Shown piece by piece: positions 22,232 to 31,799 of a stretch of DNA of 44,799 nt. Under the pieces are notes generated by a model. The model made no database searches and was not told the DNA's origin. It saw nothing but the letters and a program-made list of their open reading frames with translations. The position numbers and the translations under genes are program-made. Source of the DNA: Clostridia bacterium (lineage in GTDB: Bacteria; Bacillota; Clostridia; Oscillospirales; CAG-272); the NCBI GenBank assembly GCA_017628875.1, contig JAGBYG010000121.1:1-44799 (forward strand). The letters are read 5' to 3'. How positions within the stretch are numbered: position 1 is the stretch's first letter; every line of letters starts with the position of its first letter.

Positions 22232-22573
22232 TCATTCCACAATCATAATGTTGTCTTCGGCAATACTTGTTTTGTATTCGCCGTAGTAGTTTACATCGTA
22301 TCTGTATTTACCCTTTTTAAAGAGCTTAGTAACTTCCTCGTCACAAGCAAATGTAACGCCTGCAGCAGCGTAATGCTTTTCGGAATAAACATCCTCTTTG
22401 CGCTCGTTGCGGATAATAATTTCAAAAGCAGTTTCGTCTGTCGGTTCAACGATACCGCCGTCCTGATCTCTCAGATCTATTGCGAGATTTAATTCAAAAG
22501 TGTCTCCCTCGTACCAGTAAACGATACCGTTCTCAATTCTCGGAGACATCTTAGCTCTTGGAATTTCAGCCAT
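22232..22573 (-). CDS. Small beta-rich virion protein (113 aa)
   Basis: ATG with AAGGGGGAG RBS; first gene after the terminator that follows the giant ORF. Confidence 0.55.
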   Translation of the reverse strand: MAEIPRAKMSPRIENGIVYWYEGDTFELNLAIDLRDQDGGIVEPTDETAFEIIIRNERKEDVYSEKHYAAAGVTFACDEEVTKLFKKGKYRYDVNYYGEYKTSIAEDNIMIVE

Positions 22574-22607
22574 ATATAGCTCCCCCTTTCATTTATAGTG
22601 CGAGCAT

Positions 22608-22641
22608 AGCAAAAGCGCAGGGATGTTTTCTATCCCTGCGC
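22608..22641 (-). terminator. Rho-independent terminator after the giant ORF
   Basis: GCGCAGGGAT-N7-ATCCCTGCGC (22615-22641) followed on the minus strand by TTTTG. Confidence 0.65.
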
Positions 22642-22648
22642 CCTTGTC

Positions 22649-25600
22649 TTAATGCCACGGAGCGTCGTCTATAGTGCTTTCCGAGTAGTCAAGCAGGTAA
22701 AGGACATCTTTCTGATCTCTCGAAATATTCAGAGAATTTATGATATCCATGACCGCTTCCTTTTTAGAGCCGCTGTCTGTCTTGCCGTCGCCATCAGCAT
22801 CTGTGCCTTTGGCTTCCTTTTTCCTTACATAGTAATCTTTGTAGACATCAAACTCTATGCCTGTGGATTCTATCTCCTCGTAATACTTGGTGATAGCAGT
22901 AGAGGACATTTCCTCGCTTGCAAGGTTGAGTGCGTAGTTCTTAATGCTTTCAGCCTTGTCGGAAGTCTTCTCAACCTCCTGCGCCCATTTGGGAACTTCG
23001 TGAGTTTCCTTGACATCTCTCTTCGCCGTCTCTGCAGCATAGTCATAAGCCTTTTTGATAACCTCAGATTTCTCCGTGTCATCAAGTTTGTCGTACCAAT
23101 CGGCAGAGGTGATATCCTCGATGAGCTCTCTCTGTCTCTTGCCTCTTGTCTCGGCATACTTGACATACTCGTCCGCGCTGAGATACTCGCCGTCGATTTT
23201 ATCGCTCTGACTTACGCTGCTGGGGAACACTTCGTCAAAACCAAGGTCATAAAGTCTCTGCAGCTCATTGTCTGTAGGAGTGGAAACATCTTCGGATACA
23301 TAAGCCGGATTGAGCATATTGTTGAACACTCTCGCAAGCACAGTGCCGGTGCTTTCTCTTCTGCCCCATGCATCGATGTAAGGTATCTGCTGATATTCGC
23401 CCGGAGTCTTGTTTGCGCTCTTGCCGAGTAAATACTGAATGTCTCTCTCAATCTGAGTCTTGTTTCTATCGACCCAAGTTGTCTCTCGCTCGGTTTCAGT
23501 AACTCTTTCAATCTGTCCTGCAAGAGTAGGAAGTCCCTGAGAGAGGTAACTTGTAAAGGCATTAACGAGAATACCCATCAACTTGCCGTCAGAATAGCTT
23601 ACATTTTCGATGACATCCTGAAGACTTGAAAGCATACTCATTTCGAGCATGGGTTCGCTAATTCTGCTCACGCCCTCTAAAACTGCAGCAAGGTTAAACT
23701 CGCCGTCGTTTTCGATAAGCACGTTTGCAATCTCCGCACCCACGAACATGGGGAGAGCTTCGGGGGCAAGCCAATCAATAGTGAAGTTCTTGTCACCGAC
23801 GGTCAGCGCATAGTTCTGTCCGCCCATCAGCTCGTCAAATTCCTGCTGCTTCTTGTCCTTGTCCTCACCTGCAGAGAGAACACCCTGCTTAACGAGGAAA
23901 ATACCAAGTCCTAAGAGAGCAGATCCAACGAGGCCCGATGCAATAGAGTCGATTGCTTCTGCTGCTGTGGCTGTACCCTTCTTCACGCCGCGTGCGGCCT
24001 GAACAATGCCCTTTGCAAGTCCTACAGGAGAATACTCTATACCACGAACTAAAATGTTCGCAGGTGTTCTTCTGAAGGGCAGAACGCCTTCTGCAACGGT
24101 CTGTGCAGCGGCGACCACCTTGTTCTTCGCCTTGCTCTTTCTGCCAATAGCGGAAATAAAATTGGAGAAGTCGTTGAAGTCTCTGTATGTTGCTTTCTGT
24201 GCTTCCTTGATAGCATATGCTCTCGCCTTATCCAGCTCGCTCTGCTGCATTGTGGACATATCTGTAATGTTTCTTGCTTTGAGATATCCGGCAAGCGCAG
24301 AAGCGTAAGCAGGTCTGCTGAACCACATGTCTTCCGCCTCGAGTGCGAAGCTATTTGCATTAGCAAGCCAGTTGAAAGGCTTTGCAATCTTGGAAGAGCC
24401 GAATGCGGGTTTCATTCTTTCGATTTCGCCTATAGCATCATTGTACTTGCCTGCGCCGGTAATCTGATCCGCAACGATCTTATAATCTTCAAAAGCCGCC
24501 TTATAAAGTTTAGAGCCGCTTGCGATGGCCTTTGTTCGCTGCTCCTGCGGAATGAGCTTTTCGATGAGTGCAGCCGTTGCGTTCTTTGCACCTCTGACGG
24601 GAGCAAACATTGCGTTACCGAGAATGTTTCTGACATGGGTTCTCGGATTGAACAGCATTGCAAGATATCTCCAAGAGTTCCACTTATCCATAAAGGTGTG
24701 GGGAATCTGTGCAGCAACATGTCTGTAGATAGCTTCCTGAGCAGCAGTTCTTGCCTCTTCGGTCTCTGCCTGTTCGTAGTTCTTAACAAGCTGACTATCC
24801 ATTTCGAGCTGCGGAGCTTTGTCTCCATATCTCTCGTTGAGGCTATCCTGCAGCGTCTGAATGCTTCTCTGAATGCCGTAAAGCTGATATTCGGGAGAAA
24901 GCTTCTTGAGCATTCTTACAGCCTGTACCATCTGTGCGCCCTCTCTTACTCTTGCGGCAAGATCGGTCAGAATGCGTACCGCTGTTTCGGTATCGCCTGC
25001 GTTCAGAGCGTTGTTGTAAAGCTGGAAGCCAAGAGCCACATTGTTCTTGCCAAGCTGGTTCTTGTTCACATCGGCTGCCCAATCGAGAAGAGCATCATTC
25101 CAGCCCTTTCTCTTGATGGTATCGTCAGCATACTTCTTAGACTCAGCATCAGTAATGGGAATATAGCTGAAGCCGCCTTTCACCACTTCTTCGGTGAGTC
25201 TTTCAACCATTTCGTCGGAAGTAGCTTCTGCCTCCATAGCGGTTCTAACGGTCTGAGAAACCTTGTTGCCCTTGTTTGTTCTCGCAGGAACGGAAACCTC
25301 TCTGAAGGGCTTTTCGCCGGGTTCAATAGAGCCGTACTTCTGAACGAGAAGCTCGGTGGCTTTACTCGCAACAGCCTTAACGCCCTTTTTGTCAAGAGAC
25401 TCATAAAGTTCGGAGTACATCTTAACGGTGCGGGCTTCAGCGTTGTGCATTCTGTTTCTGTCTTCAACGCTGATGTTGTCACCCTGCTCGCGGTATTTAG
25501 CGATAGCTTCTTCCGTTTCTCTGATTTTCTTTAAGCGTTCAGTAAAGCGATCGAGAACAGCCTTTTCGCTTGCGTTGAACACGGACATATCAAGTGCATT

Positions 25601-28600
25601 TACTGCGTTACTCAATACTGTCGAGTCCGTTCTTTTTCTTTCGTGTTCTTTGCGAAGCTTTTCAATTCCCGGAATTTCGCGAGAGAATCTGATATCAGGA
25701 TTGCTTGTAGGATTTTTGTTATCTACGTTCTTTGCCTGCTCAGAGTTAAAAATAACGGTCTCTGTGTCTAAAATGAAGCCGTCATAGTTAGTGCTGTTAA
25801 CCTTGTTGAAAAGCTCAACAGCCTCAACCATATCTCCGATAGCTGTCTGAGCAACGTCATAAAGCATAGCGAAGTCGCTTTTGCCGCTATACACATCGCG
25901 CAGCACACCATCTACTGTTGCTTCATATCCGTAGTTTTCAAAACTGTAGTCGTCTTCGTTTCCTGCCACAGCCTTTAAGAACTTACGCATCTGCGCCCTT
26001 GTAATGGTAGTTTCGCTTGTAGAGACAGGGTTCGTAATGTTGAGATAAAAAGCCTTTGCTTTTCCGTACTGTTCGGCGTGATTCTTGCTGTTTGTGAAGT
26101 AGAATCCTCTTCCATACAGATTGGAGTATTTAGACTTTCTGCGGTCGAACACGGTAAAGTCCTCGTTTCCGCCTCTGTACATCACGCGGAGATAGCCTTT
26201 GTTGTCGCGCTCTTTTGAATCTTTGAAATACTCCTGCTGTCCCTTGCTCAACTTTTCGCCGTCGCTGTCGGTTGTAAGTTCACGGGAGAAGTGGAACTGA
26301 GAAACGAGAGACTGTCCACGAAGCTCACCTGTCGAGTAATAGTGCTTTACGTCATTAACAATACGTGTGGCGTTTATACTGTTTTCATAAGTTAATGAAC
26401 CAACACTTCTTCCGTTTTCGTCGGAAAAGTCAATGCTAAAGAAACCTTCTTTTGCATACTCGTTGATAAACTTTCTGATTGTGGAATACTGCTCAGAAGT
26501 AGGCTCGGCTTTTGCAAAAATGTCTAAACCGGGAGTCTCAGCCATAACGCGGATGTTGCCGTCATTCATAAAACGAATTAAGGCCGCTGTCCCCTGCGTA
26601 TTTGCATAGATAACACCGATTCCTCTGTGGTCTTCTCCACGCATTCCATAGTGCTTACCTTTTTCGCCACTGAAGTTTAAAAGTTTGCCATTAGGAAGCA
26701 AGTACCCTGCATCGTAAAAATACGGAGTATATCCAAATTCTTTAACCGCCTGTTTTCTGAAGTAGTCCGCTTCGTCTAAACCGCTTTTAGCAATAGCCTC
26801 TTTTTCTTCGTCATCTCTTATCTTGTTATAGAGTTCGTTATAACGTTTATGAAGCTCGTTAAGTTCAGTAGATAAAGTTTTTGACTTTTCGATTATTGCT
26901 GTTAAACCGTTTTTGTTCACCCAATCGCTATACTCTTTGATTGAATCAGGGGACGGTTCCTTAGATACTCTATCAAAGAGCTCTTTGTATTCGTCAGAGT
27001 TTTCGATGTCGTATCTTTCTGCGGATAGTCTCTGCTGCTCTTTGCGCTTATCTTGAATTTCTTCTAAAAGGCCTTCGCGCTCTTTGTGAAGATCTATCTC
27101 TCGACTTGCCTTGCCCTTGACAGAACTTCCATTATGTGCTATTTTGACCTCAGAAGAAGTTTTACCACGCTGAGCGCCGCCGTTGGCGGAAGAGCCGCTA
27201 AGTGCTTTTTGCACAGTGGGAAAGCTTCTTTTTTTCATTTCGCCGATATTATATACTGCATTCCCATTTTTCCCTTTACTTACAGAAATAGTGCATCGAT
27301 AATATGTACCGTCGAAATCCAAAAAGAATGCCGTGCGATAATTCCAACCATCTTTAGCGGTTTCTCCGTGTCTTGCTTCTACATCTTTAACATCTTTTTT
27401 GCCTCTTGTAGAGACCATCGCCAACTCGTCTATATGTGCACCGGCACTAACTTTGCGCTCAAAGTCTCCGTCGCTTATGCGGCCACCATCTTTATAGGGC
27501 GAAGATATTTTTCCGGCGGTATCTTCGGTAAGTGTTAGCAGATCTCCGTCAACGGCGATAAGCGTTACGTTTTCGCCTTTGCGTATTTTGTTGTTTATAT
27601 AGGTTTCAAGCTGTTCGCTCCAGCTGTCAGGGTCGTTTCCGAAAATTACCTGTCGGTCTGCGCGGACATATTTTTTTCCATCAGGTAGAACTTCTACGCT
27701 TGTTTTGCTGTTTGCAGGCGGTCCTCTTGTACTTTCAGCTTTAGTCTTGCCGATTGCTTCCTTAATTGCGGGCTGCAAAACTTTTTCGCTCTGCTCGTAG
27801 TCAGTTTTAGAAAATACGTTCATGTCCGCAAGGCTGTCGCAGATGAGCTCCGTCCAAATCTCTTCAGGACTCATGCCTGACCCTTCGTAAGCTTCGATGT
27901 ATTTGTCCACAATAGCGTCAGCGCGGGCTTTGGTAAACTCCTTGTCGATTCTCTCTCGAACAACATTGGGGTTAATTTCTCCCTTGTCAATCATATCGTG
28001 ACCGATTTCATGCTTAACAAGCTGTTCGGAAGTAAAATCAGGATGGTCTACTCGTGCATAAACTTTGTTGCCAACAATAAAAGCTCTGGCGTTTATGTCA
28101 TAAGTTTTGCCGTCTTCGCCCTTTTGAGATATCTGAAGATTGTCTCCGGCAAACAGCACAAGCTCAAGTCCTCTGGATTTCGCTTGAGCCTTCGCATTTT
28201 TAATAGCTTTAGTTTCGCCGCTCTTAACAATGCGAATGTGTGCGTTTTTAGAACCACCTTCGATACCGAGAGAGGCTTCGCTTACTTTTTCGCTATAAGT
28301 GAGCGAAGCTGTTTCGCTGTCTGCGGGTCTGCTTTTCTCGAGCCCGCTCTGATTTCGTCCTGCGCTTTCTTCCAGCTGTCGTATCTGTCCGCCGGTATTC
28401 TCACCATCAAGCCCGTTGCTGACTTCGCGTAAATGAACTTTTTCTCCATTATTTTCCTCCATGTTATAACTCTGAGCGTCTTCTGATTCAACGTTATTCT
28501 TGCCCTGTTCTTTGAGTCTTGCAATAACACCTGCGTCATAAGCGTTCTCTAACTGAGCGTCGCTCATATGTGGAGTGTGACGTTTCTGCATCACATACTC

Positions 28601-30442
28601 TTTGCCAACTTCGCCCTTGCCGTATTCATATGCAATTTCAAACTCTTTTGCGTAATTCTCAAAAGCAATCGGCTCACTTGTAGAAGATGCGTAAGTCTCA
28701 TATGCGTTCTCTAAAAGTGTCTGAGTCTGTGCGTCGAACTTCGGCATATTTCGCTGACTCATCTTCTCTCCAATAACATTCGCACCACCAAGACCCGCTG
28801 CACTTACGCCACCACTCAGCGCACCGCCGAGACCTGCAAGTAAAACATTCTTGACGTTGTCCCAAAATACCTTTTTCTTGGCTTCTTCTTTGGTCATGCC
28901 GTCAGCCATATACTGCTTAACGAGCTGTGCGTTTTTAGAGTTTCTGCCTGTAATGATAGCGTCGGAGAGAATGTTTGCCCCTTCCGTCAGCATTTCTTCA
29001 ATGCCTTCGGTAGCCGCCTGAACACCAATAGCTTTTAAGAGTTCCTTAACAGTCGCTGCATTCATAGCACCGTTTAACAGCTTGTTAATGGGTGCATACT
29101 CAGCCAATGCTTCGGCTGCGCCTGTTGCAATTGCGCCTGTCAGTATCTGCTTGTTGCTCAGACCTCTGTCCACAGCTTCCTGCATATAGCTTGCAGCGGA
29201 AGCACCGCCCATTGCTACAGTAGCCGCAGGACCAAAAGTGAGAGCGAGAACTGTACTATCAGCTACGCTCATGCCGGTGTTGTAGAGGAAGCTCAGAACT
29301 TCGCTGTCGATGTCCTCGTCTGTTGCCTGTCTGACAGCCTGAACATAAGTGGTAACAGGCATGTTGTATTTGTTCATCGGTCTGTAGTTTTCAAAATCCG
29401 CAGGATCGTTGTGACCGATGCTCTTAATGCCTTTTGCAATTGCCTCAACCGCCATACCGGGTGCATTTGCCACGGTCTGCAGGTTCGTAAGGAAGGGTCT
29501 ATCTTCGTAGTTCTGCCGTGCTCTCTCAACCTGAGCGTCGTACTCTTCTTGAGCCTTAAGCATTGCCTTGTAGTTTTCAAGACCCTCGTAGTCAAAGTCG
29601 AGCTTTTCGAGCTCAGTAGCAGTATCGCTTACAAACTGTTTGCCCTCGTCAAGGACAGCCATGAGCTCGTCTCTGTACTGCTCCATACTCTTGTTGTCAG
29701 TGGTAATGCCGAACTTTTCGGCAACATACTCGTAATCTTCGTCCCACTCAAAATTGCCGGTGTTTACCTTGTCGAGCACACGCTTAATAACTTCGTTGTC
29801 TGCATCTGTCTGAGAAGCTGCCTCATACTGCGCTTTCTGTTCGGGGAGTTTTTCCATCTGAGAAAGCTGAGTCTCGTTTTTGTTGGCGTAGTAAAGGTCA
29901 GAATATCTTTTGATTTTCGCTTCGAGATCTGCAATATAGTCGCCGTCTACGCCGCTCTCGGTAACCGCTCTGCCGGTCTCGTCTCTTTTAAGCGTTCCTT
30001 TTTCACTTGTAACGCCCTTTTTCTTCTTAGCGTCATAGTCTTTTGCGTAATCGAGCTGCTTCTGAAGATTTTCAATAGTGCTTTTCTGCCTGTCAAGGGA
30101 GTAACCGCTGAAGATTTTGTCCTCAGCGGCTGTTTTCTTTTCAGCTTCCTGCTGCTTCTTAACAGTGTTGTTTATAAGCACCTGATTCGGGCCGTGCTTA
30201 AGACCGACATAAGTAGAGCTTCTCAGCTCATTTGAAGGCTGTGCTTCTCTTCTTTTGAACTCGGTCTGAAAAGCTTCTCTGTTCTTCTCGTATACAGCAG
30301 CTTTTTCTTTGTATCTTTTATACTCATCTTCGCTTTGCTTTTTTCTTAGAAACTCTTCGGGCGAAGTCCAAGAAGAGCCCGTTTTTTTCTCTATGCCTCG
30401 GCTTTTTAAAAATTCGTCAACCGTTGTATGTTTTTTTGCCAT
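22649..30442 (-). CDS. Giant (2,597 aa) multi-domain virion protein: polyvalent-type effector fusion / probable ejection (internal) protein
   Basis: Single uninterrupted ORF in the structural operon. Coiled-coil N-terminus; Gly/Ala-rich hydrophobic region (aa ~385-560); zincin HEIGH (aa 811-815); toxin-like module (aa ~915-1075); ART-PolyVal-like region (aa ~1398-1590); ~900-aa C-terminal module with a TM-like segment and a DADGDGKTD motif. Confidence 0.9.
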   Translation of the reverse strand: MAKKHTTVDEFLKSRGIEKKTGSSWTSPEEFLRKKQSEDEYKRYKEKAAVYEKNREAFQTEFKRREAQPSNELRSSTYVGLKHGPNQVLINNTVKKQQEAEKKTAAEDKIFSGYSLDRQKSTIENLQKQLDYAKDYDAKKKKGVTSEKGTLKRDETGRAVTESGVDGDYIADLEAKIKRYSDLYYANKNETQLSQMEKLPEQKAQYEAASQTDADNEVIKRVLDKVNTGNFEWDEDYEYVAEKFGITTDNKSMEQYRDELMAVLDEGKQFVSDTATELEKLDFDYEGLENYKAMLKAQEEYDAQVERARQNYEDRPFLTNLQTVANAPGMAVEAIAKGIKSIGHNDPADFENYRPMNKYNMPVTTYVQAVRQATDEDIDSEVLSFLYNTGMSVADSTVLALTFGPAATVAMGGASAASYMQEAVDRGLSNKQILTGAIATGAAEALAEYAPINKLLNGAMNAATVKELLKAIGVQAATEGIEEMLTEGANILSDAIITGRNSKNAQLVKQYMADGMTKEEAKKKVFWDNVKNVLLAGLGGALSGGVSAAGLGGANVIGEKMSQRNMPKFDAQTQTLLENAYETYASSTSEPIAFENYAKEFEIAYEYGKGEVGKEYVMQKRHTPHMSDAQLENAYDAGVIARLKEQGKNNVESEDAQSYNMEENNGEKVHLREVSNGLDGENTGGQIRQLEESAGRNQSGLEKSRPADSETASLTYSEKVSEASLGIEGGSKNAHIRIVKSGETKAIKNAKAQAKSRGLELVLFAGDNLQISQKGEDGKTYDINARAFIVGNKVYARVDHPDFTSEQLVKHEIGHDMIDKGEINPNVVRERIDKEFTKARADAIVDKYIEAYEGSGMSPEEIWTELICDSLADMNVFSKTDYEQSEKVLQPAIKEAIGKTKAESTRGPPANSKTSVEVLPDGKKYVRADRQVIFGNDPDSWSEQLETYINNKIRKGENVTLIAVDGDLLTLTEDTAGKISSPYKDGGRISDGDFERKVSAGAHIDELAMVSTRGKKDVKDVEARHGETAKDGWNYRTAFFLDFDGTYYRCTISVSKGKNGNAVYNIGEMKKRSFPTVQKALSGSSANGGAQRGKTSSEVKIAHNGSSVKGKASREIDLHKEREGLLEEIQDKRKEQQRLSAERYDIENSDEYKELFDRVSKEPSPDSIKEYSDWVNKNGLTAIIEKSKTLSTELNELHKRYNELYNKIRDDEEKEAIAKSGLDEADYFRKQAVKEFGYTPYFYDAGYLLPNGKLLNFSGEKGKHYGMRGEDHRGIGVIYANTQGTAALIRFMNDGNIRVMAETPGLDIFAKAEPTSEQYSTIRKFINEYAKEGFFSIDFSDENGRSVGSLTYENSINATRIVNDVKHYYSTGELRGQSLVSQFHFSRELTTDSDGEKLSKGQQEYFKDSKERDNKGYLRVMYRGGNEDFTVFDRRKSKYSNLYGRGFYFTNSKNHAEQYGKAKAFYLNITNPVSTSETTITRAQMRKFLKAVAGNEDDYSFENYGYEATVDGVLRDVYSGKSDFAMLYDVAQTAIGDMVEAVELFNKVNSTNYDGFILDTETVIFNSEQAKNVDNKNPTSNPDIRFSREIPGIEKLRKEHERKRTDSTVLSNAVNALDMSVFNASEKAVLDRFTERLKKIRETEEAIAKYREQGDNISVEDRNRMHNAEARTVKMYSELYESLDKKGVKAVASKATELLVQKYGSIEPGEKPFREVSVPARTNKGNKVSQTVRTAMEAEATSDEMVERLTEEVVKGGFSYIPITDAESKKYADDTIKRKGWNDALLDWAADVNKNQLGKNNVALGFQLYNNALNAGDTETAVRILTDLAARVREGAQMVQAVRMLKKLSPEYQLYGIQRSIQTLQDSLNERYGDKAPQLEMDSQLVKNYEQAETEEARTAAQEAIYRHVAAQIPHTFMDKWNSWRYLAMLFNPRTHVRNILGNAMFAPVRGAKNATAALIEKLIPQEQRTKAIASGSKLYKAAFEDYKIVADQITGAGKYNDAIGEIERMKPAFGSSKIAKPFNWLANANSFALEAEDMWFSRPAYASALAGYLKARNITDMSTMQQSELDKARAYAIKEAQKATYRDFNDFSNFISAIGRKSKAKNKVVAAAQTVAEGVLPFRRTPANILVRGIEYSPVGLAKGIVQAARGVKKGTATAAEAIDSIASGLVGSALLGLGIFLVKQGVLSAGEDKDKKQQEFDELMGGQNYALTVGDKNFTIDWLAPEALPMFVGAEIANVLIENDGEFNLAAVLEGVSRISEPMLEMSMLSSLQDVIENVSYSDGKLMGILVNAFTSYLSQGLPTLAGQIERVTETERETTWVDRNKTQIERDIQYLLGKSANKTPGEYQQIPYIDAWGRRESTGTVLARVFNNMLNPAYVSEDVSTPTDNELQRLYDLGFDEVFPSSVSQSDKIDGEYLSADEYVKYAETRGKRQRELIEDITSADWYDKLDDTEKSEVIKKAYDYAAETAKRDVKETHEVPKWAQEVEKTSDKAESIKNYALNLASEEMSSTAITKYYEEIESTGIEFDVYKDYYVRKKEAKGTDADGDGKTDSGSKKEAVMDIINSLNISRDQKDVLYLLDYSESTIDDAPWH
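25673..26251 (-). other. ART-PolyVal-like (ADP-ribosyltransferase of polyvalent proteins) segment of the giant protein
   Basis: QQEYFKDSKERDNKGYLRVMYRGGNEDFTVFDRRKSKYSNLYGRGFYFTNSKNHAEQYGKAKAFYLNITNPV follows the F-x-x-S-K...Y(H/R)G...F-x-x-F...G-x-(Y/F)-F-(T/S)...A-x-x-Y...YL-x-I-x-NP pattern I recall for that family. Confidence 0.6.
27803..28240 (-). other. Zincin-like metallopeptidase segment of the giant protein
   Basis: LVKHEIGHDM encoded at ~27995-28021 (H811 = 28010-28012), followed ~50 aa later by E/D-rich helices. Confidence 0.55.
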
Positions 30443-30457
30443 CAGCGTTCCTCCTTG

Positions 30458-31597
30458 TTAGGACAGATCTTTAGAGTATTTTTCGTACCACTGTCTTCGC
30501 TGTGTCGCAGTTATTGCCCCTTCGTTGTAAAGTTCCCACACATAACCTGACAGAGCATCAAGCCCATACTGAGCCATATCTTTTATATCTGCCTCAATAC
30601 CAGTCGGTTCGCTGCCGCCGCCACCACCATTGCCTTTGCTTAACGCTGCCTGAGCAATGCTGTATGCATCTGCATCGCTGATACCTGCCTGACTCAGCAT
30701 ATCTGCAGAGGGCATAACGCCGCTCTTGAGCATAGTCATTGCAGTATCATAAGCGTAGCTTCTGTTTTCGCTCGCCTGTTCGCTCTCCATATTAGCAATG
30801 TTCATTGCGTAATTTCTATTACTCTCGTATACGCCGAAGTCGTAATTTCTCTCAGCGTTGTACTGATCCGCAGCAAAGCCGAGCTCCCACTGATAATCGC
30901 TTACGGTGTCTCTGTATCTGCCGTAGTCGGTATCTTCAAGGGTCTGAGTCATGCTGAACTGATTGTAGAGGTCCTGAGTCTCCTGATTGTACTGATCTCT
31001 TGCCATACCGTAAAGCTCAGGAACAACATCGTTAAGCTGTCTCAAGTAGTTCTGATAAGCCTGCTGACCTGCGTTCTGTGCGTAAGTGTTTGCGTAACCG
31101 CCGGTAAGACCTGCAGCCTGACCCATAGTGTCAAGCATTGCCATTTCGCCAAGCGCGGAATACTGGTCTTTATACTGCTGATAGAGCATATCTGAGTTAA
31201 GGTCGTAAGAGAACTTGTCTCTGTTCACAATCTTGTTGTAGATATCTGTAATCTGACCTTCCCACTTGCTCACATAGCCGCCGGGCTTGCTGCTCTGTAC
31301 CTGACTCAGATAATTCTGTGCAGCATTTACAGATGCGGAGGGAGTGTAAGTTCCGTATTTGTTGAGAGCCTGATCGGTGTCGGGGCTGATGTTAAGTCCG
31401 CTGTTTCCGATATACTCACTGCCGTCACCGCCGCCGGAGTATTTGTATTTGTCTCTCACCGCTTCAGCATTGGCGTGGGCCTGCTGTCTCTCTTCGGGAG
31501 TAGTGGCGTTTGCGTAGTCCTGCTTGTACTGCTGGACAAGGTTATAGTCCTCTTCGTTTAGGTATTTCTTATCGTACTGAGAAGTGTATGTAGCCAT
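30458..31597 (-). CDS. Q/Y/N-rich virion protein (379 aa from the second ATG)
   Basis: ATG at 31597 has GGAGG at 7-nt spacing (the ATG at 31603 abuts the SD); internal GNGGGGGSEP linker. Confidence 0.6.
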   Translation of the reverse strand: MATYTSQYDKKYLNEEDYNLVQQYKQDYANATTPEERQQAHANAEAVRDKYKYSGGGDGSEYIGNSGLNISPDTDQALNKYGTYTPSASVNAAQNYLSQVQSSKPGGYVSKWEGQITDIYNKIVNRDKFSYDLNSDMLYQQYKDQYSALGEMAMLDTMGQAAGLTGGYANTYAQNAGQQAYQNYLRQLNDVVPELYGMARDQYNQETQDLYNQFSMTQTLEDTDYGRYRDTVSDYQWELGFAADQYNAERNYDFGVYESNRNYAMNIANMESEQASENRSYAYDTAMTMLKSGVMPSADMLSQAGISDADAYSIAQAALSKGNGGGGGSEPTGIEADIKDMAQYGLDALSGYVWELYNEGAITATQRRQWYEKYSKDLS

Positions 31598-31599
31598 AC

Positions 31600-31797
31600 T
31601 CATTCCTCCTTTTCTTTAAGAGCCTCGGAATATTCTTTGAGCTCTGCTGCCGTCTGTTCTGCAGCCATTCTTCCGATGGCGTTTGAATACGCAGTAACGA
31701 TAGGTTCAAGGATAACGGGAGGAAGCCCGCTCTCTCTAAGAAGCTTATCGAAACTGTTTTTAAACTCTAAAATTGCTACGCTTGCGGGTTTTTCCAT
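31600..31797 (-). CDS. Small hypothetical protein (65 aa)
   Basis: GGAGG RBS located in the end of the fibre gene. Confidence 0.5.
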   Translation of the reverse strand: MEKPASVAILEFKNSFDKLLRESGLPPVILEPIVTAYSNAIGRMAAEQTAAELKEYSEALKEKEE

Positions 31798-31799
31798 TG

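Noticed and set aside
28101-28108. AAGTTTTG as a phage-wide regulator motif linking the lipoprotein and sigma-like upstream regions
   Set aside because: The 8-mer also occurs inside the giant ORF, and I cannot count all occurrences by eye. About 1-2 chance hits are expected per 45 kb, so the cross-region link is mentioned only as a weak possibility.
22652-30235. Long plus-strand ORFs (22652..23431, 24635..25534, 25428..25787, 27086..27538, 27998..28432, 29411..30235) opposite the giant gene
   Set aside because: They are antisense to a single uninterrupted 2,597-codon frame that has recognisable motifs. Their translations are Leu/Ser/Phe/Cys-rich with no motifs. Several start at GTG or TTG without an SD. 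Such shadow ORFs are expected opposite a long gene.
22649-30442. Giant ORF as a conventional siphovirus tape measure protein
   Set aside because: No major tail protein, G/GT frameshift chaperone pair, Dit or Tal genes flank it. It contains enzymatic modules (HEIGH, ART-like) atypical of tape measures. A ruler-like or channel role for parts of it cannot be excluded.
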